Below are positions 18,801-28,645 of a stretch of DNA of 64,000 nucleotides, one piece after another. The position numbers and the translations under genes are program-made. Location: NCBI GenBank assembly GCA_040756235.1, contig JBFLZG010000134.1, forward strand, positions 1 through 64,000, written 5' to 3'. Every line of letters begins with the position of its first letter. The first letter of the stretch is position 1. The notes under the pieces were generated by a model. That model saw only the letters and a list, made by a program, of their open reading frames with translations. It did no database searches and had not been told where the DNA came from. Source of the DNA: a bacterium. GTDB taxonomy: Bacteria > Desulfobacterota > DSWW01.

Positions 18801-18933
18801 CTTGCAGGCGTGAGGTGCGGAGCTCACCGGCGACGAAGGTCGCCAGAGAGACGCTGACGAGGAGCACCGTAAGCCACAGGACGAGCTGCCGTTTCCAGGA
18901 CCCTTCTGCGTTTCGCAAATTCGAGGATGCCAT
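15802..18933 (-). CDS. Large GT51 transglycosylase / PBP-like protein
   Basis: N-terminal TM; LLFIENR, GGSTLATQLEK; C-terminal GGKTGTG. Confidence 0.85.
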   Translation of the reverse strand: MASSNLRNAEGSWKRQLVLWLTVLLVSVSLATFVAGELRTSRLQARYFSQFAQKLSYRLEPGPSDSISFPGPGGPYDDRLGYSYLPAMIGELTGKGFSIHAQARFSPELARATGWGIFPSYRQKSQAGLNILDHQGELLFSARYPERIFPSFESIPEWIVKTLLFIENRELLDPRHPYRNPAVEWDRLFRSALDAVQQVVGGDDQRVSGGSTLATQLEKFRHSPEGRTSSAREKARQMISASLRAYQEGAETMGARRQLILDYINSVPLAAIPGHGEVNGLCDGLWAWFGRELDATTGLPIPDSGVLEGPDIRSKALAYKQVLSLFLAHRRPSYFLLEDQKALKQLTDTYLGLLYRAGIVGPDLLEAAMSQELVFRRGAPEAQGGVFFERKAANAVRGRLSSLLDFQRLYDLDRLDLTVQSTLDRAAQQEVTRELRALKDPARASEAGLYGHRLLDPAAPSDVIYSFTLYERGQGANLLRIQTDNFDQPFDINQGVKLELGSSAKLRTLVSYLEIVADLYERYAPLSRKELLSLDLPPGDRLSRWAVEYLYGSEDKSLKAMLEAAMERTYSADPAEAFFTGGGLHTFVNFNKEDDRKVPTVREGLRDSVNLVFIRLMRDIVRYHMYRVPGSTALAVKDAQDPLRQAYLARFADQEGKVFLKRFYGKYKQKSQGEMLELLTQGVEPTPKRLAILFSATEPEAGLERFAPFLREHLPNSTLSDAEIRQIYEQYSPSRWTLADRGYLAHVHPLELWTVEYLSRHPQATLEEVLGAGTDVRQEVYNWLFKTKHQGAQKSRIRTIAEIEAFQEIHRSWKRLGYPFGSLVPSYATAIGSSADRPAALAELVGIILNGGIRYPLARIEELHFARGTPYETILRREGAAERVLRAEVADVVRAALQEVVERGTAQRLGRSAFVRADGTPIPVGGKTGTGDNRYDVYGPGARLLESRVMNRTATFAFFIGDRFFGTITAYVPQPAAAAYSFTSSLPVQILKVLAPKLMPLIEKAEARELGAPELLPEVPAPYPPDEEPAPADAERVTARNSR

Positions 18934-19254
18934 TGTCTTCAGTGCTCGAGCACAAGATCCGGATCTCCGGTCCGATGAAGGCCCGCAAGAAGCCCTTGCT
19001 GCCCCCTGCGGGAACAGGAGAACGCGAGAGACGGTTCAGCTGGAAGTGTGTCGGGGTCACGCGGTCCAAGACCGCACGCACAATAGCACATCTCGCACTG
19101 CCATGCACCCGTTTCGCCGCAAGAAGAAAGAGCGCTGATTCCCGGTCCTCGCGACAAGGGCGGCTTAATAGAATGATCGGAAGAACGGTCGCGGAACTGG
19201 AGCTTCCGAGCGGAGATGGCAGTGGCGCGTCCGGGTCCTTATATGAGACATACC

Positions 19255-19914
19255 CTATTTGGACCCGAGCCCGTTGATGATCTCCGTGAGATGGGCGGTC
19301 CACTCGGCGATCCGCTTGCGGTCGGGCCTGTCGCGCCGGTCAGCGCCTAGGAGAAGAGGGGTCCCGAAGCGCGCACAGGAGTGGGAGCGCGTGACGAGCG
19401 CGCTCCACACCGATCTGCCCCGGGGGGTGCCGGTCACGCAGGCCGGAAAGACGGGGGCGCCGGAGCGCCACGCGAGGTAGCCGACCCCCAGCGCCGGAGC
19501 TTCGAATCCCCGGTCGATGCCGCCCTCCGGGAAGATGCAGAGGATCCTGCCTTCCCGCAAGGCATGGAGGGCCCTGCGCACGGTGCTGACTTCCTGCCGG
19601 TTCCGGCGAACCGGAACGCAGTGCATCCAGCGAAAGAGCCATCGCGGTCCCGGGATGGCGTAGTACTCGGCGGCGATCAGATACGAAAGGACCCGTCGCG
19701 TCGCGGCGGCCAGGATGAAGGGGTCCACGCTGCTTCGATGGTTGCAGACCAGGATGCCTGGTCCCCGGGGCGGCAACGGGTCCGCGCCGGACCACCCGAA
19801 CCGATGCACGCGCCTGCAGTAGGAGCGGTTGAGCTTCCAGAGGAAGTGGCTCAGCCGATCTCCGTCGACGCGGACGCGTTTGGGGCTCGTGGCAGGCTCT
19901 CGGTCCGCGCTCAT
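19255..19914 (-). CDS. PlsC-family lysophospholipid acyltransferase
   Basis: NHRSSVD and IFPEG motifs. Confidence 0.85.
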   Translation of the reverse strand: MSADREPATSPKRVRVDGDRLSHFLWKLNRSYCRRVHRFGWSGADPLPPRGPGILVCNHRSSVDPFILAAATRRVLSYLIAAEYYAIPGPRWLFRWMHCVPVRRNRQEVSTVRRALHALREGRILCIFPEGGIDRGFEAPALGVGYLAWRSGAPVFPACVTGTPRGRSVWSALVTRSHSCARFGTPLLLGADRRDRPDRKRIAEWTAHLTEIINGLGSK

Positions 19915-20033
19915 CCGGTCTCGCAGGCGTACGGGCGTCGTTAAAAATGGCAGTCTAAATTGCTATCCATAGCGACAGTCCGTTCGATTCGATCTTGCGG
20001 ATTCAGGAACACCCGAATCATACCTTATCCTAT

Positions 20034-20097
20034 GGCGCTCCTCGGAACAGGCCTCAGGACTTCGCGTGCCTTGCATCTGGGCATTTTTGAACAGCCT
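20034..20097. mobile_element. MITE-like element, partial inverted copy
   Basis: Reverse complement closely matches 5909-5970. Confidence 0.6.
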
Positions 20098-20180
20098 ATA
20101 TGAGAGGCTGCCAAAACCCGCTCGGCGCCTGCTGCAGTCTCGAAGAGCGCCCCGGAAGGATCTGCCCCCATTGCGGGGCC

Positions 20181-21836
20181 TCACGCGGGCGCGCTTCGCC
20201 GGGCCGCCGCCGGCTCGGGTCCGACCCCTTCGGATTGCGGAGCCGGCTTCGTCAGCTCGGCAGGGATCGCGGTTATGGGCAGCAGGACGGTGAACACCGT
20301 CCCTTCGCCGACCCTGCTCGCCACGCGGATGTCCCCCCCGTGCTTCTTGATGATCCCGAGCGAGACGGAAAGCCCCAGCCCGGTCCCTTTGCCCGGATGC
20401 TTCGTGGTGAAGAACGGATCGAAGATGTAAGGCAGCACGTGCTCGGGTATCCCGTCTCCGGTGTCGCGCACGCGCACGGCCAGAAAGCCCGGATCGGACC
20501 CCTTGGCCACATCGATTTCCAGGAGCCCTCCTGAGGCCATCGCATCCAGCGCGTTGAGGATGAGATTCAGGAAGACCTGGCTCAGGTGCTGGTGGTCCCC
20601 GTAGATGGGCGGAAGGTTGTCCGGCACCCCGAGCCGCACCCGCACCTTCTTGAGCTTGATTTCATTGGAAGCGAGCTGCAGGGTCTCGTCCACCAGCTTG
20701 CTCACATCCAGCAGAGCCGACTGCATCTCGCTCTCCCGCGCAAAGTCCAGAAGGTTTCTCACGATGCGTCCGGCCCGCTCCGCCTGCATGGCAAGGTCGT
20801 GAATCATGTCCAGCCGCTCCGCATCGCTCAGGGTCCCGAAGTCCTCCTCGAGCATGGCTGCGGTCAGGGTGATGTTGTTGATCGGGTTGTTCAGCTCATG
20901 GGCGATGCCGGCCGTGAGCGTACCCACGGCGCGCAGCTTATGGGACCTCACCAGGATGTCGTGCCTGCGGTCAAGCTCTTCCATCATGTGGTTCAGGGCA
21001 ATGGCCAGGTTGGTGAACTCGTCCCGGAAACGCCGGACCGGCGGGATCGGCGTGAAGTCGCCCTGGGCGATGCGCTCGGTCGCTTGCAGGAGCCGGCTCA
21101 GCGGCCCCAGCATCTGCCGGGCCAGAAAGCGTGCGGTGTAGATGATCAAGGGCAGCAGGATCGCCAGGAAGGCCAACGGCAGCCGCTTGAAAAGCTTGAG
21201 CATGAGATGGACGGCCTTGCGTTCTTCCTCGGCGAGCTCGAGGGCCTGGGAGACCATCTTCGCCCCGTGCTCCCTGAGCGCCGCCTCGATGTGGGGACGT
21301 GCCTGCGGCTCGGGCAGATTCTCCCCGGGCGCTTGCCGGTCCAGAGCCTTCAGGTTTTCCAGGAGCGCCAGGTACTCGGCCTGACGCTGGCCGATGCGCC
21401 GGAACTTTTCCTCTCCCACGACCACCTTGAGCTCCGCCTTCCCCGAGCTCAGCAGCTCCGCTGCGTTCTGCACGTGCTCGATGACGTCCTCGAGGTTCGT
21501 CCCGTAAAGGAAGTAGTTCTTTTCGAAGCGGCGGGCCTGCTGGATCTCCGTCGTGTAGCGGTCCGCGATGTCGAGGAACCGCAGCTTGGCCTCCAGGCGG
21601 TTGAGCGTGACCCAGGCGGTGACCGTCACGCCGGTGCTGAGCAGGAAGAAGAGGAGGAATCCCATCGTCAGCCTGGCGCGGATGCTGAAGCCGGGCCTTT
21701 CGAGCAGGGCCCTCTCGACTCGATCCTGGGCCGGTCCCTTGGGCTCGAGCGGAGACTCGCCGCCGGCCGACCCCTGCGCGTCGGGGCCGGACGGAGAGAA
21801 CCGCTGTGACAGGCTGGTGCGCCGGATATCCTTCAT
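20181..21836 (-). CDS. HAMP-domain sensor histidine kinase
   Basis: Two TMs, HAMP, AHELNNP, NLILNA, DTGDG, PFFTTK, GTGLGL. Confidence 0.92.
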   Translation of the reverse strand: MKDIRRTSLSQRFSPSGPDAQGSAGGESPLEPKGPAQDRVERALLERPGFSIRARLTMGFLLFFLLSTGVTVTAWVTLNRLEAKLRFLDIADRYTTEIQQARRFEKNYFLYGTNLEDVIEHVQNAAELLSSGKAELKVVVGEEKFRRIGQRQAEYLALLENLKALDRQAPGENLPEPQARPHIEAALREHGAKMVSQALELAEEERKAVHLMLKLFKRLPLAFLAILLPLIIYTARFLARQMLGPLSRLLQATERIAQGDFTPIPPVRRFRDEFTNLAIALNHMMEELDRRHDILVRSHKLRAVGTLTAGIAHELNNPINNITLTAAMLEEDFGTLSDAERLDMIHDLAMQAERAGRIVRNLLDFARESEMQSALLDVSKLVDETLQLASNEIKLKKVRVRLGVPDNLPPIYGDHQHLSQVFLNLILNALDAMASGGLLEIDVAKGSDPGFLAVRVRDTGDGIPEHVLPYIFDPFFTTKHPGKGTGLGLSVSLGIIKKHGGDIRVASRVGEGTVFTVLLPITAIPAELTKPAPQSEGVGPEPAAARRSAPA

Positions 21837-21937
21837 CCGCTCTCGAGCCTCCTTGCGGGTGGACCCGCGGACCCTCTCCGGCGGTCGCTGCGGTCGCGGA
21901 ACGGCCGCCGCGCCGGAGCTCCACCCGTACTTCGGGG

Positions 21938-23371
<1,434 letters not shown>

Positions 23372-23410
23372 CCCGCCCTTGTTCCTCCTGATATCGCAAA
23401 AGTACGCGTA

Positions 23411-23644
23411 TGTTGCAAAATGTAACACCTTCCGGCGCAGTGTGCAACAAAGAAATCACCGCTCGGTTGCCATCTGCCTCCAACGGTTCCCGGACAGATC
23501 CATGGGTGCCGCCCTTCCGGCCGTTGCGTTCTGCAACAGGACGCGGGCCGGTATGGCGAGCCTCCAGGGCGGCGCAACGGGCCTGCCGTTCTTGCGGATT
23601 CAAGACCTTAGCCCGCGTTCGAGGACACTGGTCCGCTTTCTGCA
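23411..23644 (+). promoter_or_regulatory. sigma54 promoter with upstream palindromic activator sites
   Basis: TGG-N10-GC at 23629-23643; TGTTGCA-N3-TGTAACA (23411), CGTTGCG-N3-TGCAACA (23522). Confidence 0.65.
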
Positions 23645-23684
23645 GAGAGCGCCGGTACAGACGCCACCGTCGAAGGCGTGAGGC

Positions 23685-24182
23685 ATGGGTGCAGGGGTGA
23701 ACAGAACGATCCTGGTCTTGCTCGACGGCCTTCCCGTCCGCAGGGAGGCGATCTCTTACTCCGTGGAGCTGGCCCGGCGCGTGGACGCCAGGATCCAGTT
23801 TCTCCTGCTTTCCCGCTGCGCAAGCTCGGAGCCGGTCCGCCCCGGTGCGGAGAGCGCGGAACCGGGCACGCGCATCGACGGCGCCGGGGCAGGGTTCCAT
23901 GCCGGGGCCTTTCTGGAAGAGATCCGAAGAGCGGGGCTCGAAGCGGAATGGGAGTCCCGTTCAGGCGATGCCGCTTCGGAGCTGCTCAAGTACCTGGCCG
24001 AATCTCAGCCCTTCCTCGCCGTCGTGTGGGGCGGCGGCGAAACCTATCTCAGGCAGAAGAAGGCCTTGGTCCGCCATCACTGGCTCGAGCGCGTCCGCGG
24101 GCAGATCCAGTGCCCCCTGGTGTTCCCTTCCTTAAAGAAGCAGAGAAGTGAAATTCGGCTCGGCAAGCAGCGCCACGCCTGA
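23685..24182 (+). CDS. Universal-stress-protein-like hypothetical protein
   Basis: ILVLLD..AISYSVELARR, GDAASELL, C-terminal CPLV pattern. Confidence 0.6.
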   Translation: MGAGVNRTILVLLDGLPVRREAISYSVELARRVDARIQFLLLSRCASSEPVRPGAESAEPGTRIDGAGAGFHAGAFLEEIRRAGLEAEWESRSGDAASELLKYLAESQPFLAVVWGGGETYLRQKKALVRHHWLERVRGQIQCPLVFPSLKKQRSEIRLGKQRHA

Positions 24183-24218
24183 AACGTTTGTGCCACCTGT
24201 GCAGGAGGAGCCCGGTTC

Positions 24219-25751
24219 ATGCAACTCATCTGCGTCTCTCGAGGAAGTTTTTCGGCAGGAAAGGAGCTGGCGGAGAAGCTGGCGAAAAAGCTCGGCTATC
24301 CGTCCATCGGTCGCGAGCAGCTGATCGAGGAGGCGACGCGGGCCGGGATCCAGGTCGGGAAGCTGGAGACGGCGATGATCAAGCCGCATCTGTTCACCGA
24401 GCGCCTGGCCAGGGAGAAGGATCATTTTCGAGCCTTCATGACCCGGGCCCTGTGCGAGCGCGCCCTGCAGGGCGACCTGGTTTACCACGGCCGCACCGGG
24501 CATCTGTTGCTGCAAGGCGTGGAGAACATCTTCCGGGTGCGGGTCATCGCCGACATGGAGTTCCGCATCCAGTCGGCCATGCGGCGCCTCAACCTGGACT
24601 GGGAGAAGAGCCGCAAGTACATCGAAAGCGTGCACGAGGACCGGGCGCGGTGGGTGCGCGAGCTATACGGGGTCCACTGGGATGAAGCGGTGCACTACGA
24701 CGTGATCGTCAATACCAGCCAGATGAACGTCGACAACGCCAGCTCCGCCATGTGCGCCATGGCCCAGCTTCCCGAATTTCAGCTTGCGCCCGCCTCCCGC
24801 AGAGCCTTGGAGGACCTGCTCCTGGCGGCGCAGGTCCGGGTCGCTCTGGCTCAGGCTCCCGCCACGGCGCAGCTGGACGTGAAGGTCCGGTCCCACCAGG
24901 GGAACGTGACCATCACCTACCTGCCGCAGCAGAGGAAGTCCCCGGACGAGATCGGCCAGGTGGCGCGCACCGTCGCGGGGATTCGGCAACTGACCTGCAC
25001 GCCGGCGAGCACCAACCTGCTCTGGATCGAAGAGCAGTACAGCCCGGAATCCGACTCGTTCCGGCAGGTGGTGGAAATCGCATCCAAGTGGGGCTCCGCG
25101 GTCGAGCTGCTGCGCGTCGTGTCCCAGGCCGAGGATGCCGCGGAGGAACCCCCTGGAGGGGCCGTGGGCCGGGTGGAAGCCAGGGCGTCTGTTCTTGCCC
25201 CGCCCGGGACACCCGCTTACAACGGCGGCATCGAAGACGATCTGCCCGACCCCGGGCCGGCGGAGGAAGACGGCGGCCTGAGCGCGACCACCATGGAATT
25301 GACCCGCGTCGGCATCGCCGGAGGCTCGCGGGTGATCCGCGGGGGTCAGGAGAAGATCCTCGCTGCCCTGGACCGGACCATCCCGTACAGCCTCATCGTC
25401 GTGGGGCCTCTGTTCCGCGCCAAAGGACACGCGGCACAGACCCGCATGACCCGAGAGCTGAGCAGCTCCCTCGAGGAGCAGCTCAAGGCGCCGGCCGTGT
25501 CGCCGCAGGACCTGCAGCAGTACCTGTTCGGACCCCGGGAGCTGATCAAGCTGGCCGCGTGCCTGGGGGCTTCGGCGTTGCTCTTCTGGCTGGTCATGGC
25601 CAACCAGGAATCGATCCTGCGCTTCCTGACGCCCGAGGCCGTGCCGGCCAAGGTCTTGTCCGCATCGGTGCTCGCGGTTTTCGTATCTCTGTTCGCGTAC
25701 CTGTACGGGACCGCGAGCGGATTGCTTCTGAAGCTGTTCAAGTTCGAATAG
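24219..25751 (+). CDS. Cytidylate-kinase-like protein with BON-like domain and two C-terminal TMs
   Basis: ICVSRGSFSAGKELAEKLA, YHGR, YDVIVN; hydrophobic C-terminus. Confidence 0.7.
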   Translation: MQLICVSRGSFSAGKELAEKLAKKLGYPSIGREQLIEEATRAGIQVGKLETAMIKPHLFTERLAREKDHFRAFMTRALCERALQGDLVYHGRTGHLLLQGVENIFRVRVIADMEFRIQSAMRRLNLDWEKSRKYIESVHEDRARWVRELYGVHWDEAVHYDVIVNTSQMNVDNASSAMCAMAQLPEFQLAPASRRALEDLLLAAQVRVALAQAPATAQLDVKVRSHQGNVTITYLPQQRKSPDEIGQVARTVAGIRQLTCTPASTNLLWIEEQYSPESDSFRQVVEIASKWGSAVELLRVVSQAEDAAEEPPGGAVGRVEARASVLAPPGTPAYNGGIEDDLPDPGPAEEDGGLSATTMELTRVGIAGGSRVIRGGQEKILAALDRTIPYSLIVVGPLFRAKGHAAQTRMTRELSSSLEEQLKAPAVSPQDLQQYLFGPRELIKLAACLGASALLFWLVMANQESILRFLTPEAVPAKVLSASVLAVFVSLFAYLYGTASGLLLKLFKFE

Positions 25752-25832
25752 GAGCCGGCCGGCGGCCGCCGGCGTCACGTTGCGAGCGCCTCATCCGGAT
25801 TCCGGAAACGAGCAGAAGAAGGAGAAACATCC

Positions 25833-26951
25833 ATGCACGGAGCCTTCGGCGAGCTGTTCATTCAGCTCGACTTCTGGGTGGCCGTCCAGGTCGTGGTCCT
25901 GGGTTTCATCGGCGGCATTCTGAGCGGCTTCATCGGCAGCGGCGGGGCTTTCTTCATGACGCCCGGCATGATGAATCTCGGCGTCAACGGGGTCGTGGCC
26001 GTGGCGAGCAACATCACGCACAAGTTCGGCAAGGCCATGATGGGGTCCCGCAAGCACGGGGAAATGGGGAACGTGGACCGGAAGCTGGGCGTCTTCCTGG
26101 TGCTGACATCCTTTGCCGGCATCCGCCTGGCCGTCTGGATCAACAGCCGGCTGTTCGAGGGGGCCGGCGACGGCCACGGGCCGTCCGGCAGCGCGGCCGC
26201 CGACCTCTATATCAGCGCGGTCTTCGTCTCCGTGCTGACCCTGGTGGCCATCTCCATGCTGCGGGACGCCCTGCGCACCGGCAGCGGGCCGGGCGGCGCC
26301 GGGCCGTCGCGCAACATCTCCAAGTTCCTCGGCAGGATGCGCCTGTATCCTTTCATCCATTTTCCGGTGGCGGACGTCAAAGTCTCCCTCTGGATCCTGC
26401 TCCTGGTCGGCCTGGCGACCGGTTATCTTGCCGGGACCATCGGGGTCGGCGGGTTCATCGGCGTGCCGGCCATGATCTACGTCTTCGGCGTCCCGACCAC
26501 GGTCGCCGCCGGCACAGAGCTGTTCCTGGCCATGTTCATGGGCGCTTTCGGCGCGCTCAACTACGCCTACGCGGGGTACGTCGATCTGCGCCTGACGCTC
26601 CTGCTCTATCTGGGATCTCTTCTCGGCCTCTACCTGGGCGTGTACGGGACCAAGGTCGTTCGGGAAGTGATGATCCGGATCGTCACCGGAGGCATCATCC
26701 TGCTGTGCGTGGCGAGCCGCGGCATCGCCATCCCCATGTATCTGCGGCAGCTCGGATGGGTCGACATGGACCCTGCGTGGGACCCCTTCTTCAACGGAGC
26801 CAGCAAGCTCCTGCTGTTTGCCAGCGGTTTGTCCGGCGCGGGCGTCATTCTCTTTCACGTCCTGCGCGCCTACCGCCAGAGGAGCCGGGTCCGGGCTTCT
26901 CTCACCGCGGCCGGCGCGCCGGTGTACGGGACGGTCGGGACCGTGTCATGA
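25833..26951 (+). CDS. TauE/SafE (TSUP) sulfite-exporter family membrane protein
   Basis: SGFIGSGGAF and GTIGVGGFIGVPAM repeats; multiple TMs. Confidence 0.88.
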   Translation: MHGAFGELFIQLDFWVAVQVVVLGFIGGILSGFIGSGGAFFMTPGMMNLGVNGVVAVASNITHKFGKAMMGSRKHGEMGNVDRKLGVFLVLTSFAGIRLAVWINSRLFEGAGDGHGPSGSAAADLYISAVFVSVLTLVAISMLRDALRTGSGPGGAGPSRNISKFLGRMRLYPFIHFPVADVKVSLWILLLVGLATGYLAGTIGVGGFIGVPAMIYVFGVPTTVAAGTELFLAMFMGAFGALNYAYAGYVDLRLTLLLYLGSLLGLYLGVYGTKVVREVMIRIVTGGIILLCVASRGIAIPMYLRQLGWVDMDPAWDPFFNGASKLLLFASGLSGAGVILFHVLRAYRQRSRVRASLTAAGAPVYGTVGTVS

Positions 26952-28192
26952 GCATCTGGAGCGCCGGCACTTCGTACCGAGGCGAGAGATCCTCGCCGCT
27001 GCGGGCGGACCGGAAGACCCTTCGCTTCCGGCGCCTGGTGGAGCGCCACCTCGAGCTCCTCCGTCTGCTGGCGGATATCGAAGAAAAGCAGACCGGCGAG
27101 TACATCCTGGACCGGCAGTACATCGAGGCCCAGATCGATCGAGCTTATGAGCTCGGCCGCCAGATCGTCTACGACATGCAGGTGATCCGCGACGCGCGCT
27201 CGGAAGAGCCGTACGTCGAGCTTGACCGCCTGCACGCGGCTTCTTTGCAGATCCTGCGCCGCGCGGAAGGGGATGCCCGCGAGCACCACGGGGCTGCCGC
27301 ACGGGGCGAGCATGCGCCCGAGTGGGAAGTGCAGGCCCTGCAGTCGATCTATCATGACCTGGCGGCCGGCAGCCCGGAAACTCCGAGCGACGGAGGCGAG
27401 GGCTTTCAGGGAGAGCGTCACGGAGACCGATCCCTGGCCGGGTTGACCGCCTGGGCCCACGACCGGGCCGGAGAGTCGATGCGCGATGAGCTCCTGTCTC
27501 GTGCGGGCGGGCAGGCACTGGATCTGTCTCTGTCCGGCGGAACGGAGCCCGCCCTGCGCCTGTTTCTGCTGCAGAGCGCGGAAGGAGCCAGGGATATGCT
27601 GCGCGAGGACCCGGCCCGCCCGCAGCATGCGCGCGATGGGCCAGGTCCTCTGCGGATGTACCATTCCCTTGTGGAAGGGATCGGGATCGGGTTGAAGACG
27701 GCCGGCAAGTCCGGCCTGCTCACACTGCAGGAAAGCCGGAGCAAGCGGGAAGGCTCAGTGGTTGCCCGCTTGCGTCCCCGTCTTTACCTGTCCGATTCCG
27801 CGCTCCTCCTGGGCATGCCCTCCGGGTTCCCCCTGCGCCTGGCTCTATGCTGCCTGTCCCCGCAGGAGTCCGAGAATCTTTTCTACCTTCTCTTTCTCGG
27901 CGACCTCCCTTTGCAGACCCCGGGCAGCCCCCCGCCGGCCCCTTTTGTGCACCGGCGGTCTCCGCATCTCGCCTGCCTGGGCCGCATCTCGGACGGCTGG
28001 ATGTTCGGGGAAAACCGGCTTTCCGCTCCTCTGATCGAGGAAAGAATCCGTGTGCTGGGCTATCTTCTGTCCGAATGGCTTGCGCTTCCCGCGGAAGAGC
28101 TCGCGCGGGAGGGCGCGGGCCGCTGGCTGGAGGGCGAGCTCGGCATCTTCCTGAGACAGAACGCGCCGCGCGATCACGCGGGAAAGGAGTGA
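26948..28192 (+). CDS. Hypothetical protein resembling the non-catalytic ends of the PEP-synthase-like neighbour
   Basis: ATGA overlap with tauE; FRRLVERH.ELLRLLADIEEK..GEYILDRQY resembles the start of 28646; no catalytic motifs. Confidence 0.55.
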   Translation: MSIWSAGTSYRGERSSPLRADRKTLRFRRLVERHLELLRLLADIEEKQTGEYILDRQYIEAQIDRAYELGRQIVYDMQVIRDARSEEPYVELDRLHAASLQILRRAEGDAREHHGAAARGEHAPEWEVQALQSIYHDLAAGSPETPSDGGEGFQGERHGDRSLAGLTAWAHDRAGESMRDELLSRAGGQALDLSLSGGTEPALRLFLLQSAEGARDMLREDPARPQHARDGPGPLRMYHSLVEGIGIGLKTAGKSGLLTLQESRSKREGSVVARLRPRLYLSDSALLLGMPSGFPLRLALCCLSPQESENLFYLLFLGDLPLQTPGSPPPAPFVHRRSPHLACLGRISDGWMFGENRLSAPLIEERIRVLGYLLSEWLALPAEELAREGAGRWLEGELGIFLRQNAPRDHAGKE

Positions 28193-28195
28193 AGA

Positions 28196-28615
28196 ATGCA
28201 ACCGCCCGTGCAGGTCATGGTCGTGGATGACGAGCCGATCGTGGGCAAGAGGCTCAAACCGGCCCTGGAAAAGAGCGGGTACGAGGTGGAGGTACATGAA
28301 AACGGGACAGGCGCCCTCAAGCGCCTGGGCGAGAAGCGCTTCGACATCGTGGTGACCGACGTGCGCATGGAAGACGTGGACGGGATCCAGGTGCTGGAGC
28401 ACGTGCTGGCCAGCTCGGATCGAACCAAGGTGATCATCATCACCGGGTACGCGACGGTCGAGGTCGCGCGCGAGGCCCTGGCCAAGGGGGCGTTCGACTT
28501 CATCGCCAAGCCGTTCAAGCCCAACGACCTCAGGGCGATCATCGAGAAGGCCGCCGAGGCCCTCCGGGCCGACCGCAGCCGGGAGCAGCCGCCCGGCTCC
28601 TCGCCTAAAACCTAA
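28196..28615 (+). CDS. Stand-alone response-regulator receiver
   Basis: VVDDE, VVTDVRM, ITGY, KPF. Confidence 0.92.
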   Translation: MQPPVQVMVVDDEPIVGKRLKPALEKSGYEVEVHENGTGALKRLGEKRFDIVVTDVRMEDVDGIQVLEHVLASSDRTKVIIITGYATVEVAREALAKGAFDFIAKPFKPNDLRAIIEKAAEALRADRSREQPPGSSPKT

Positions 28616-28645
28616 AACCCGAAACCTGAAACCCGGGGAGAGGGC

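Noticed and set aside
24752..26947. N-terminal part of the 1146-aa ORF
   Set aside because: Off-frame overlap of the CMK-like and tauE genes; the real start is 26948
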